From an uncultured Gammaproteobacteria bacterium (GTDB lineage Bacteria; Patescibacteriota; Patescibacteriia; UBA9934; GWF2-40-263), in contig CAYNRK010000005.1 in assembly GCA_964399675.1 (NCBI GenBank), forward strand, positions 766 through 64,765: a stretch of 64,000 nucleotides of DNA. Direction: 5' to 3'. Of the stretch, positions 18,309 through 27,048 are shown one piece after another. The notes under the pieces are model-generated. The model did not search any database, had not been told where the DNA came from, and saw nothing but the letters and a program-made list of their open reading frames with translations. Each line of letters opens with the position of its first letter. The stretch's first letter is position 1. Position numbers and translations under genes: made by a program.

Positions 18309-21149
18309 ATGTCCGACTATATTTCCGTACGCGGAGCTCGCGTTCACAATTTGAAAAACATTGACGTCAACATTCCGAAGAACAAGTTGGTGGTAGTTAC
18401 CGGGCTTTCCGGTTCTGGAAAATCTTCGATTGCTTTTGACACTGTGTATGCTGAAGGGCAGCGTAGATACATGGAGTCGCTTTCCAGTTACGCACGTCAA
18501 TTTCTTGAGCTCCAAGACAAACCAGATGTAGATGAAATTTTAGGTCTTTCTCCAACCATTGCCATTGATCAAAAAAGCTCTTCGCACAATCCACGTTCAA
18601 CCGTTGGAACTGTGACTGAGATTTATGATTTTTTGCGCGTGTTGTTTGCGCGCGCCGGTCGTCCGCATTGTCCAAAATGTGGCACACTTGTTAAAGAACA
18701 AACTCTTGATCAGATTGTAGACAAGGTCGCTGATATGATCGGCAATGATCCTATCAATTTATTTGCACCGGTTGTGCAACAGCTTAAAGGCGAGCACAAG
18801 CACGTGCTCAAAGCAGCAACAAACACTGGCTTCACAAGAGTTCGTTTTGATGGATTTTTAATGGATATTGATGAAGCGGTTTCAATGCGCAAGGACAAAA
18901 AGAAACCTCATGATGTTGATGTTCTTATCTTTACTTTTGATCCGGAGATTGAGTATTCAAAAGACCATATAAAGCAACTTGCAAAAAAAGCTCTTGATTA
19001 TGGGAATGGTTTCATTACGCTTGTTAATGATGAAAACGGTGATGAAGTTACACTTTCTCAAAGTTTCATGTGTGGAACCTGCTCGCTTAATCTGCCAAAA
19101 CCAGAGCCTAGACTTTTTTCATTTAACTCTCCGTTTGGAGCATGCAAAGAATGTACCGGTCTTGGAGAAAAATTAGTGCTTGAACCAGAGCTTGTAATTC
19201 CAAACAAGCGCCTCACGTTTGCAGAGGGTGCGGTGCGGCCCTGGACAAGAATTGCCGGGAATCAGACAAGCTACATTCGCATGCTTGAGATGGTTGGCAA
19301 GAAACATCGTGTTTCAATGAACACACCAATAGAAAAAATTACAAAAAAGAAATTAGATCTTGTTTTATTCGGCACAGGCGAAGATGAATATAAATTTGAT
19401 GGCATCACTGTTACGTTCCCTGGAATTTTGGCACAACTTTCTCAGAAGTATCGCGAGACTGATTCTGAATATGTTCGATCAGAACTTGAAGGATACATGC
19501 GTAGAATGATATGTCCGTCATGTGAAGGAAAAAGACTTAGCCCTGAAGTTCTTGCTGTAACAATTGGCGACAAATCAATTGCTGATGTTGTAAACATGCC
19601 AATCGAAGATGTTGTTGCATTATTTTCAGATCTTACTAAAAACGGAAGAAGTAAAGACGAGCTCACAGAAGAGGAGCAAATGGTTGTTGATCGTGTTTCA
19701 AAAGAAGTGCAAGCACGTTTGTCTCAATTAACTGATGTTGGGCTTGGGTATTTGACCCTTAATCGTTCTGCAATGACATTGTCCGGCGGAGAAGCTCAAC
19801 GTGTTCGGCTTGCCACACAACTTGGATCACAACTTTCCGGTGTGATTTATATTTTAGACGAGCCATCAATTGGTCTTCATCCACGCGACAACGATCGATT
19901 GATTTCAACCATTCAAAAATTAAAAGCTTTTGGAAATTCAGTAATTGTTGTTGAGCATGATGCTGCAATGATTGAAGCCGCTGATTATGTTTTTGATGTT
20001 GGGCCTGGTGCTGGTGAATACGGCGGTGAAGTTGTTGCAGAGGGTACGGCAGCTCAGATTAAAAAGAAACCAGATTCGCTTACGGGTCAGTACATGTCAG
20101 GAAAGAAATCAATTCCACTTCCAAAAAAGTATCGAAAGGGAAATGGAAAGAATTTGGTTATTCAAGGCGCAACTGCTTTTAATCTAAAAAACATTGAAGC
20201 AGAGATTCCGCTTGGAAAGCTTGTGTGTGTGACAGGTGTTTCAGGTTCTGGAAAATCAACACTCATTCTTGATATTTTAGGCAAGGCACTTTCCAGAAAG
20301 TTTTATCGAGCAAAAGTTTATCCAGGTGATCACAAAGCAATTAAAGGAATCGAACACATTGATAAAGTTGTGGCTGTTGATCAGTCTCCGATTGGACGAA
20401 CACCTCGATCTAATCCTGCAACATACACCGGTGTGTTCACAGCGATTCGTGATCTTTATACAAACGTTCCGGAAGCCAAGATGCGCAACTTTGACGCAGG
20501 GAAGTTTAGTTTTAATGTAAAAGGTGGTGGGCGCTGTGAGCCGTGTTCCGGAGATGGTATGCGTCGTATTGAAATGCAATTTTTGCCGGATGTTTATATT
20601 GAATGTTCAGAGTGCAGGGGAACTCGTTACAACACAGAAGTTTTGGAAATCCATTACAAACAAAAAAACATAGCGGATGTTCTTTCTATGACAGTTGAGG
20701 AAGCACGGCGCTTTTTTGCTGATCAGTCTGCTATTTTTGACAAGCTTAATATTTTGCATGAAGTGGGACTTGGCTACATTAAGCTTGGTCAACCTGCTAC
20801 CACGCTTTCAGGTGGAGAGGCACAGCGCGTAAAGCTTGCAACAGAACTTTCACGCCGCGCAACCGGGCGTACTCTTTATGTTTTGGATGAACCAACAACA
20901 GGACTTCACTTTGAAGATATTAAGCGGCTGCTTGGCGTTTTGCATCAGCTTGTTGATAAGGGAAATACTGTTGTAATCATTGAGCACAATATGGACGTGA
21001 TAAAAGGCGCGGATTGGATTATTGATATGGGTCCAGAGGGCGGTATTAAGGGTGGGGAAATAGTGGCGATTGGCACACCAAAGGAAATTGTTAAAGTAAA
21101 AGAAAGTTTGACCGGAAAGTATTTAAAAAATTCTCTGAAATCAAAGTAA
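18309..21149 (+). CDS. uvrA: Excinuclease ABC subunit A
   Basis: GARVHNLKN, two GxSGSGKS Walker A motifs, LSGGEAQR twice, zinc fingers. Confidence 0.98.
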   Translation: MSDYISVRGARVHNLKNIDVNIPKNKLVVVTGLSGSGKSSIAFDTVYAEGQRRYMESLSSYARQFLELQDKPDVDEILGLSPTIAIDQKSSSHNPRSTVGTVTEIYDFLRVLFARAGRPHCPKCGTLVKEQTLDQIVDKVADMIGNDPINLFAPVVQQLKGEHKHVLKAATNTGFTRVRFDGFLMDIDEAVSMRKDKKKPHDVDVLIFTFDPEIEYSKDHIKQLAKKALDYGNGFITLVNDENGDEVTLSQSFMCGTCSLNLPKPEPRLFSFNSPFGACKECTGLGEKLVLEPELVIPNKRLTFAEGAVRPWTRIAGNQTSYIRMLEMVGKKHRVSMNTPIEKITKKKLDLVLFGTGEDEYKFDGITVTFPGILAQLSQKYRETDSEYVRSELEGYMRRMICPSCEGKRLSPEVLAVTIGDKSIADVVNMPIEDVVALFSDLTKNGRSKDELTEEEQMVVDRVSKEVQARLSQLTDVGLGYLTLNRSAMTLSGGEAQRVRLATQLGSQLSGVIYILDEPSIGLHPRDNDRLISTIQKLKAFGNSVIVVEHDAAMIEAADYVFDVGPGAGEYGGEVVAEGTAAQIKKKPDSLTGQYMSGKKSIPLPKKYRKGNGKNLVIQGATAFNLKNIEAEIPLGKLVCVTGVSGSGKSTLILDILGKALSRKFYRAKVYPGDHKAIKGIEHIDKVVAVDQSPIGRTPRSNPATYTGVFTAIRDLYTNVPEAKMRNFDAGKFSFNVKGGGRCEPCSGDGMRRIEMQFLPDVYIECSECRGTRYNTEVLEIHYKQKNIADVLSMTVEEARRFFADQSAIFDKLNILHEVGLGYIKLGQPATTLSGGEAQRVKLATELSRRATGRTLYVLDEPTTGLHFEDIKRLLGVLHQLVDKGNTVVIIEHNMDVIKGADWIIDMGPEGGIKGGEIVAIGTPKEIVKVKESLTGKYLKNSLKSK

Positions 21150-21185
21150 TTTAGCTAAAATTAGTAAAGTTTCCATGAAAGCCTG

Positions 21186-21214
21186 TTGACAAAACAGGCT
21201 TTTTGGTTTACTTT
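21186..21214 (+). promoter_or_regulatory. Sigma70 promoter of the DGR target gene; left copy of 22-bp direct repeat
   Basis: TTGACA-17-TACTTT; TTGACAAAACAGGCTTTTTGGT identical to 24101-24122. Confidence 0.75.
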
Positions 21215-21327
21215 AGGTCAGTTCATCGGGAGTTAATCTCTTGAAAACCCGCGCACGGCGGTTCCGTGTATTAGCTGGTGTCTAGGCGTTACAAGCGTTA
21301 CATGGGCATCAGACAAGGAGAGTCACA

Positions 21328-22107
21328 ATGAGTGACAAAAGAGTCGTCTCTAACAGAGACGAACTGGCGCTTCGGCGTCAGTGGGATGAGGTTCTTCAGC
21401 AGGTTTTGCGTGACTCTGGCATGTTTGCGCAATTGCGCTACTGCGTGCAGCAAGTTGGCGAGGGTCACAACATTGTCGATCCTGCGCAACTTGGCCAGGC
21501 AAAGCAAAAGCACAACCGCGCTCAGGAACGCCAGCAGGCCATGGAGACGTTCTACCGCGATCTCGGGTTCGACGAGCTCGAGATCCCTGTGCCCACAATG
21601 GACGGCAAGCCAATCTCCAACCGCGAGTTCGGTCGAAGAGCAAAGGCCAACCAAGCGCTTTTTTACCGTCCGGCCACTTCGGACGTCTCCTACGAGGCGT
21701 TCATGCAGGCCGTGGGTCAGGACGAGCACTGGACGGTCGCGGACGAGGACGAGCGTGCAAAGATCGCCTGGGAGCCCACTGAGGAAGGCTACTGGTTCTG
21801 GGCTGAGGTCCAGGACAGCTGCCCACGTACGGGCACGTGTTGGAACGACCTCACTGCCGAGCACACCCTTCTCTGCATTGAGGAGTACGTGATCGTTTGG
21901 CATGCCATGCGCGTGCTCGAGGACACGCTCATCGATCGTTCTACGTGGTCTTGGCTGCGAACACGCTACCAGACCGATTCCGGCTCCGGTGCCCTCTACG
22001 TCTTCGAGTACGATGGCGGGGTGGACGTCTACAGGAGCAGGCCTGAGCACTTGTCGATCGACTACGACTACGTTGGCGGTCGTGTCTCGGAAGTGGTCAA
22101 CCTCTGA
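21328..22107 (+). CDS. DGR target protein with C-terminal variable region (likely CLec fold)
   Basis: AAGGAG RBS; C-terminus TWSWLRT...GALYVFEYDGGVDVY...YVGGRVSEV encoded by the VR. Confidence 0.9.
   Translation: MSDKRVVSNRDELALRRQWDEVLQQVLRDSGMFAQLRYCVQQVGEGHNIVDPAQLGQAKQKHNRAQERQQAMETFYRDLGFDELEIPVPTMDGKPISNREFGRRAKANQALFYRPATSDVSYEAFMQAVGQDEHWTVADEDERAKIAWEPTEEGYWFWAEVQDSCPRTGTCWNDLTAEHTLLCIEEYVIVWHAMRVLEDTLIDRSTWSWLRTRYQTDSGSGALYVFEYDGGVDVYRSRPEHLSIDYDYVGGRVSEVVNL
21979..22102 (+). repeat. DGR variable repeat (VR) including IMH
   Basis: 124 bp, ungapped against 22472-22595; 14 mismatches, 13 opposite TR adenines. Confidence 0.96.
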
Positions 22108-22154
22108 GTCTTGTGACTTGAGAGCCTGGGTCTCCTGTTCACCTGTCTCTTGTT

Positions 22155-22185
22155 CCCCAACGTCGAGCTGCGCTCGACGTTGGGG
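22155..22185. other. DGR homing hairpin/cruciform downstream of VR
   Basis: Perfect 14-bp stem CCCCAACGTCGAGC/GCTCGACGTTGGGG; 3-nt loop (GCA on minus strand). Confidence 0.85.
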
Positions 22186-22471
22186 GATTTTCAATTAAGC
22201 TCAATTTTTGAGATAATCATCTTGATGAAGGTTCGTAGATTCAAGTTTTCTGAATTTGGATTACCAACATCCTCTGGTTATTGATGAGAGTCTATGCTTA
22301 ATAAGCAAAGAGAGGTCAATAACTAGCAGAAATAAAGTTGACCACTTCGTGCTGTTTTTAGTGTGGATAGCCATAACTGGCTTGCCACTGCAGTCTCCTC
22401 CGAAGCTCGGAGTACAGAAGGTGACCTGCGGGTTTCCTTTGGTGATTACGGATGGGAACAGCACAATGCAA

Positions 22472-22595
22472 TCCGGCTCCGGTGCCCTCAACGTCAACGA
22501 GTACAATGGCAGGGTGAACGTCAACAGGAACAGGCCTGAGAACTTGTCGATCGACTACGACAACGAAGGCGGTCGTGTCTCGGTAGTAGTCAACC
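22472..22595 (+). repeat. DGR template repeat (TR) including IMH*
   Basis: AAC-rich copy of the VR; followed by hairpin GAAAACGTCCC/GGGACGTTTTC at 22601-22627. Confidence 0.96.
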
Positions 22596-22628
22596 AAACA
22601 GAAAACGTCCCTTTGTGGGACGTTTTCG

Positions 22629-23042
22629 CTATGGGTCAAGGCCGAGTTTTTTTCTTGTATTCTTTCGCCAACTTCCTAGCATCTTTCCAATTTTTTGCAA
22701 ACGTTCTTGTCGATATGTGTATCCTTGAAGCTTATAAATACCAAGGTCATGGATAAGTCTAATGAAAATTTTCATCAAGTCCAATTTTCTTTGGGTTTTA
22801 TCAAGCAAGATTATTCTTTCTGGTAATGAAAGATTATTTGCTTCCCACACAGATTCGATGATATAGAGTGTGTTGTTTTTCAGTTTTTCACCAATGGCAT
22901 ATCGTTCTGTTTTAGGATATCGACTCACATCCATGTGTAATAGTTTGTACCATTCATAGAGTTTATGTATCAATCCGAACTCTTCACCAACAAATCCTGT
23001 GAGCCATTTATCAAGTCCCGTGAGGGGGGGCTTAATTGTCAT
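22629..23042 (-). CDS. avd: Accessory variability determinant (four-helix bundle); start uncertain
   Basis: IHKLYEWYK..YPKTERYAIGEKL..LDLMKIFIRL..LQKIGKMLGSW; lies between TR and RT. Confidence 0.88.
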   Translation of the reverse strand: MTIKPPLTGLDKWLTGFVGEEFGLIHKLYEWYKLLHMDVSRYPKTERYAIGEKLKNNTLYIIESVWEANNLSLPERIILLDKTQRKLDLMKIFIRLIHDLGIYKLQGYTYRQERLQKIGKMLGSWRKNTRKKLGLDP

Positions 23043-24068
23043 AGTTTATTTGATAATTGCATATCGTTTGAAAATTTATATCTTGCTTGGGAAGATTTTC
23101 GGAAAGGTAAGATGTTTAAAGCAGATATTCTTGCGTTTTCCATGCATCTTGAAGATGAATTATTTTGTCTTCATCAAGAGCTTTCGACAGGCACATATCA
23201 ACATGGAACTTACAAACAGTTTTATGTTCATGACCCAAAGCGACGATTAATTAGCAAAGCAAGCGTGCGGGATCGGGTGGTTCATCAGGCGATTGTAGAT
23301 ACGATCGGTCATCATTTTGAGAAGAGCTTTATTCATGATACTTATTCTTCTTTGGTTGGAAAAGGTGTTCATCCGGCTGTGAATCGTCTTGATAAATTTT
23401 TAAGGCAAGCCTCAAGTAATGGTCAACATATCGTCTATGCACTCAAATGTGACATTAGTAAGTACTTTGACTCGATCAGACACGACATCCTTCTCTCATT
23501 TATAAGAGATCGTATCGAAGATGAAAAGATGCATGCTCTTATTGAAATCATCGTTCATAGTTTTTCGTCAGACAAACAAAAAATACGTGGGTTACCTCTT
23601 GGAAATACTACAAGTCAATTGTTTGCCAATGTTTATCTTGATCGATTTGATCATTGGATAAAGGAACGCTTGCGCGTGCGGTGGCACGTTAGATTCTGTG
23701 ACGACTTTGTTATTTTACATGAAGACAAAGAATTACTTAACCGACTGTTAGAACCAATTCAACAATATCTTACTCGAGAATTGGATTTACAACTACATCC
23801 AAACAAAATTGTTATCAGAAAATATTCGCAGGGGATTGATTTTTTAGGTCAGATTTTGCGACCTTATTGTCGGACAATGCGCAAGAAAACAAAGAAACGA
23901 GCTATTAGAAATACACATACACGGGTTTTGGAGTACAAAAAGGGTGAAATTACAGACGGGGAATTTCGGTCATCGATTCAGTCGTATGTTGGGTTACTCA
24001 AACACGTTTCAGAGAGAAAGCTATACTATTTAATCAAGGAAATTTGTTTAGTTTTAGTTAAAAAATAG
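22965..24068 (+). CDS. DGR reverse transcriptase
   Basis: DPKRRLI, RDRVVHQA, LKCDISKYFDSI, GLPLGNTTSQLFANVYL (DGR-type SQ), RFCDDFV, GIDFLG. Confidence 0.96.
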   Translation: MYQSELFTNKSCEPFIKSREGGLNCHSLFDNCISFENLYLAWEDFRKGKMFKADILAFSMHLEDELFCLHQELSTGTYQHGTYKQFYVHDPKRRLISKASVRDRVVHQAIVDTIGHHFEKSFIHDTYSSLVGKGVHPAVNRLDKFLRQASSNGQHIVYALKCDISKYFDSIRHDILLSFIRDRIEDEKMHALIEIIVHSFSSDKQKIRGLPLGNTTSQLFANVYLDRFDHWIKERLRVRWHVRFCDDFVILHEDKELLNRLLEPIQQYLTRELDLQLHPNKIVIRKYSQGIDFLGQILRPYCRTMRKKTKKRAIRNTHTRVLEYKKGEITDGEFRSSIQSYVGLLKHVSERKLYYLIKEICLVLVKK

Positions 24069-24100
24069 ATGTTTTACTGCCTGCAAGTTCGATTCTTGCA

Positions 24101-24129
24101 TTGACAAAACAGGCTTTTTGGTGTATATT
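24101..24129 (+). promoter_or_regulatory. Sigma70 promoter; right copy of 22-bp direct repeat
   Basis: TTGACA-17-TATATT upstream of the 24222 gene. Confidence 0.75.
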
Positions 24130-24221
24130 GTTGCGTTATCTACTATTGAAAAAAATGGATAGATATGTATAGATAAGCAGGAACAAGCTTTATCAACTCA
24201 CATCCATCATCAATAAAAATT

Positions 24222-25934
24222 ATGCTTAAGAAATCAATTACTATTCTCGCGGTCCTTGCGATCGCTGTGAGCCCACTCCTTCCATCAGCCCAGGCGGACG
24301 ATGGTTCTTGGCATTCTGTGATTGCAGAGTCAAGTTGGGATTACGATTTTTATCGGGTTCAACAGGTTGCTTTTGATAAGAATGTCAGTGACCTGCACGA
24401 GCTTGGAGATGCTGTGTTTGTAACACAAACGTCTGAGTTGTGTGAGTACGAAGATTTGTGTAACCAAGTGGACGTAACAGTTTTCAAAGACGGTTCGTCT
24501 CGAACAATCAGTGGTGTAGACAATCGTATTACTTCACCGTTTTGGCACTTAGCTCAAGATGATCACTTTGTTTATTTTATCCCATCAGAAGGCGAGGATA
24601 AGTGGCTAACAGTTTTTGAATACGATTCGGTTCTTGGAACAATAAACGAACTTACAGAACTCGAGCGTGAAGAAAAGGAACTCAAGTTCATGACTCTTGC
24701 TACAGACAGTAATCGAGTTTATACATCGATTATTCGTGAAGAGCCTGAGTCACATGAAGTAGAAACGATGCTTTCTGTTAATGACTTTGAAAATGGTTTT
24801 GAGCGAGATGATTTCACTTCAACTCTAACTGCTCCATGGCAGGAGATTGTTGATGTGCGTGAAAACGTTGCGCTTGTGAAGTTTCAGTTTGAAGGTGGGT
24901 TTAAGCAACTTTGGTTGGTTGATCAAACCAATCGTCAGATGGATTCAATTCCGAAAACCTGGACAGAACCCCATGCTGATCTTATTGCCCCACACTTTCG
25001 TTCAGATGGAACAGTGAGTTACTTCCAAAACTTTCGACGATATACATATGATCCATCAGTAGAGAATGCACAGCCAATTGAACACGGCGGCGCATACCTA
25101 AACTGGTTGGAAGATCCTGCTGATGTAATTCAGGTTAGCGGTGATCGGGTTGCTTGGGTTGACGACACCAACATGCTTTATGTAAGTGATGTAAATGGTG
25201 TGAGTAAATTCGGAATTGCTCTTAACGGTTTGTTTGCTCTTGGAAATGATAATATCTATTTTCAGAGTGTAGACGGCTATATGGGATACAGTTTTTCTAC
25301 AGGTACATGGGTTAAACGAGCTTTCCACGTAACAGATACTTATGAGGATATTGTTGTCGGTATTGATGAAAATCAAAATATTTGGTACGAAAACACCACA
25401 AGTGGATACATGCTCAATATGGGGTATGGATCTGAGCCACTTCTTTCTGACCGCGAACATGCGTATTGGAAAGGTGTGGATGGAAAGGTGTATCAGGTAA
25501 GTTTCTCAGGTCTTCTTGATGTGCAGATGCCAGAGGTTCAAGCCTATAGTTCTTATAACAGCGACAAGATTTATCTTATTTCAGAAAATAAGATTTCACA
25601 TGTTCCAAACCCTGATGTTTATTTCAGCTACTTTGACTCATATTCACAGGTAAAGAATGTGACAAGTGCAACTTTGGATGTGTATAAGGATTTGTATCAA
25701 GATGCCGGTCAGGCCGGGTTTGCAGTAGGAACACGAATCAAAGCAAAAAACAATTCCCGTGTTTACGTTGTTGGAACAGATGGAAAACTTCACTGGATTA
25801 TTTCTGAAACCGTTGCTGATTCAATTTATGGATCAGATTGGAATCAGGGAATCATGGAAGTGAATCCTGAGTATCTGTGGCGATACGCACACGGAACAAA
25901 TATTGCATCCGGAAAAGCAATGAAAACAATTTAA
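24222..25934 (+). CDS. Secreted beta-rich surface protein
   Basis: Signal peptide ending AQA; C-terminal repeats (VYVVGTDGKLHWI..E.VA...YG.DW). Confidence 0.7.
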   Translation: MLKKSITILAVLAIAVSPLLPSAQADDGSWHSVIAESSWDYDFYRVQQVAFDKNVSDLHELGDAVFVTQTSELCEYEDLCNQVDVTVFKDGSSRTISGVDNRITSPFWHLAQDDHFVYFIPSEGEDKWLTVFEYDSVLGTINELTELEREEKELKFMTLATDSNRVYTSIIREEPESHEVETMLSVNDFENGFERDDFTSTLTAPWQEIVDVRENVALVKFQFEGGFKQLWLVDQTNRQMDSIPKTWTEPHADLIAPHFRSDGTVSYFQNFRRYTYDPSVENAQPIEHGGAYLNWLEDPADVIQVSGDRVAWVDDTNMLYVSDVNGVSKFGIALNGLFALGNDNIYFQSVDGYMGYSFSTGTWVKRAFHVTDTYEDIVVGIDENQNIWYENTTSGYMLNMGYGSEPLLSDREHAYWKGVDGKVYQVSFSGLLDVQMPEVQAYSSYNSDKIYLISENKISHVPNPDVYFSYFDSYSQVKNVTSATLDVYKDLYQDAGQAGFAVGTRIKAKNNSRVYVVGTDGKLHWIISETVADSIYGSDWNQGIMEVNPEYLWRYAHGTNIASGKAMKTI

Positions 25935-25988
25935 ACGATCTTAAAAGATCAAAATCAAAACATGCGACGGTCGTCGCATGTTTTGATT

Positions 25989-26495
25989 TTAGGCTTGTGT
26001 CTCTTTAAGTTTTCTCTTAAAGCGGCGTTTAACATTTTTGAGAAAGCCTAGCTTTGCACGTCTAACCTTTGCTGATTTCACAAGTTCAATCTTTGCAACA
26101 ACAGGGGAGTTGATTGGAAAGATTTTTTCTACAGCGTATCCACCGGTTGAGATTTTTCTAATGGTGAGTGTTCGTGAAATACCCGCACCTTTGATTCCAA
26201 GGATGATCCCTTCAAATATTTGAACACGCTCCCGTTCTGTGCCTTTGGCTGAAATGTCTTTAATCCGTTCATGTAACTTTACGGTTTGTCCCGGTTTGAG
26301 CTCATCAAAGTTTACAAGCTTTGATTTGTAGGCAGGCTCAGTTTTTTTGTCTGTGTCATCTCGACCGGAGTCCGACCCTTGGTCGGACGGAGCGGAGAGA
26401 TCTCGAGATCCCTCGGCTTCGCCAGCTTCGCTGGCTTCGCTCGGGATGACATGGTGAGTATTTTTTTCAATTGTGTTTTGGTCTTCTTCAGTCAT
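25989..26495 (-). CDS. rplS: 50S ribosomal protein L19 with N-terminal palindrome-derived insert
   Basis: LKPGQTVKLH, RERVQIFEG, TIRKIS, VEKIFPINSP, KVRRAKL. Confidence 0.95.
   Translation of the reverse strand: MTEEDQNTIEKNTHHVIPSEASEAGEAEGSRDLSAPSDQGSDSGRDDTDKKTEPAYKSKLVNFDELKPGQTVKLHERIKDISAKGTERERVQIFEGIILGIKGAGISRTLTIRKISTGGYAVEKIFPINSPVVAKIELVKSAKVRRAKLGFLKNVKRRFKRKLKETQA
26354..26451. repeat. GTCAT...ATGAC palindromic element inside rplS
   Basis: TGTCATCTCGA...GAGATCTCGAGATC...TCGGGATGACA; encodes VIPSEASEAGEAEGSRDLSAPSDQGSDSGRDDT. Confidence 0.8.
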
Positions 26496-26507
26496 AGTAG
26501 CGAGAGC

Positions 26508-27047
26508 TTATATGTTTTTGAGAATTTCGTCAACCACCTGGTCCGGAGTCAAATTTGTTGTGTCGATCACAAGATCATAGTTAGATTTCTCTAAATATTC
26601 AATATTATAGTATTTTTTGTACCTTTTATTATCAGAGTCTAATCGATTTTTTATTCTTTCTTTTGCTTGTTGTTGGGATTCAAATGGATCCTCATCTGAT
26701 CTGGTTCCTTGTTTTGCATCATTAAAAATTCGTTTACTAGCCTCATCAAGACTAACGTCTAAAAAGACCTTGAGTGAGTTTGGAACAAAATGCCAAGATG
26801 TCCTGCCGTCTAAAATAATATTATCTTCTGTTTTACCAAGCTCTGCTTGGTAAGCATCAACTTCTTTGTCAGTGAAGTCTTCGGTCTCGCCAAGTTTATT
26901 TAGCTCATCAATTGTCATTCCACGTTCTTCAGCCATTTTTCCACGCAAATCACCAATTGAATACCATGGCATGGCAAGTTTGTCTGAGAGCATTTTTGCA
27001 ATTGTAGATTTTCCAGATCCTGGAAGCCCGGTTAAAGTAATGATCAT
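26508..27047 (-). CDS. cmk: Cytidylate kinase (archaeal-type)
   Basis: ITLTGLPGSGKST, ILDGR, DNKRYKKYY, YDLVIDTT. Confidence 0.85.
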   Translation of the reverse strand: MIITLTGLPGSGKSTIAKMLSDKLAMPWYSIGDLRGKMAEERGMTIDELNKLGETEDFTDKEVDAYQAELGKTEDNIILDGRTSWHFVPNSLKVFLDVSLDEASKRIFNDAKQGTRSDEDPFESQQQAKERIKNRLDSDNKRYKKYYNIEYLEKSNYDLVIDTTNLTPDQVVDEILKNI

Positions 27048-27048
27048 A

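Larger units (their letters stand above)
21328..24068 (+). mobile_element. Diversity-generating retroelement (target/VR, hairpin, TR, avd, RT)
   Basis: VR/TR pair with adenine-specific mismatches, Avd and DGR-type RT adjacent. Confidence 0.96.

Noticed and set aside
22256-22756. 166-aa ORF spanning the TR
   Set aside because: The TR is stop-free because it mirrors the VR; there is no RBS, it overlaps avd antisense, and the upstream part looks like structured RNA.
22965-24068. RT as group II intron or retron
   Set aside because: GNTTSQ motif, adjacent Avd and TR/VR; no intron domain V/VI or msr-msd seen.
24082-24100. tRNA T-arm-like hairpin TGCAAG-TTCGATT-CTTGCA at the DGR right edge as an att remnant
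   Set aside because: No acceptor stem and no match to a tRNA in the window; too short to support, though worth a genome check.
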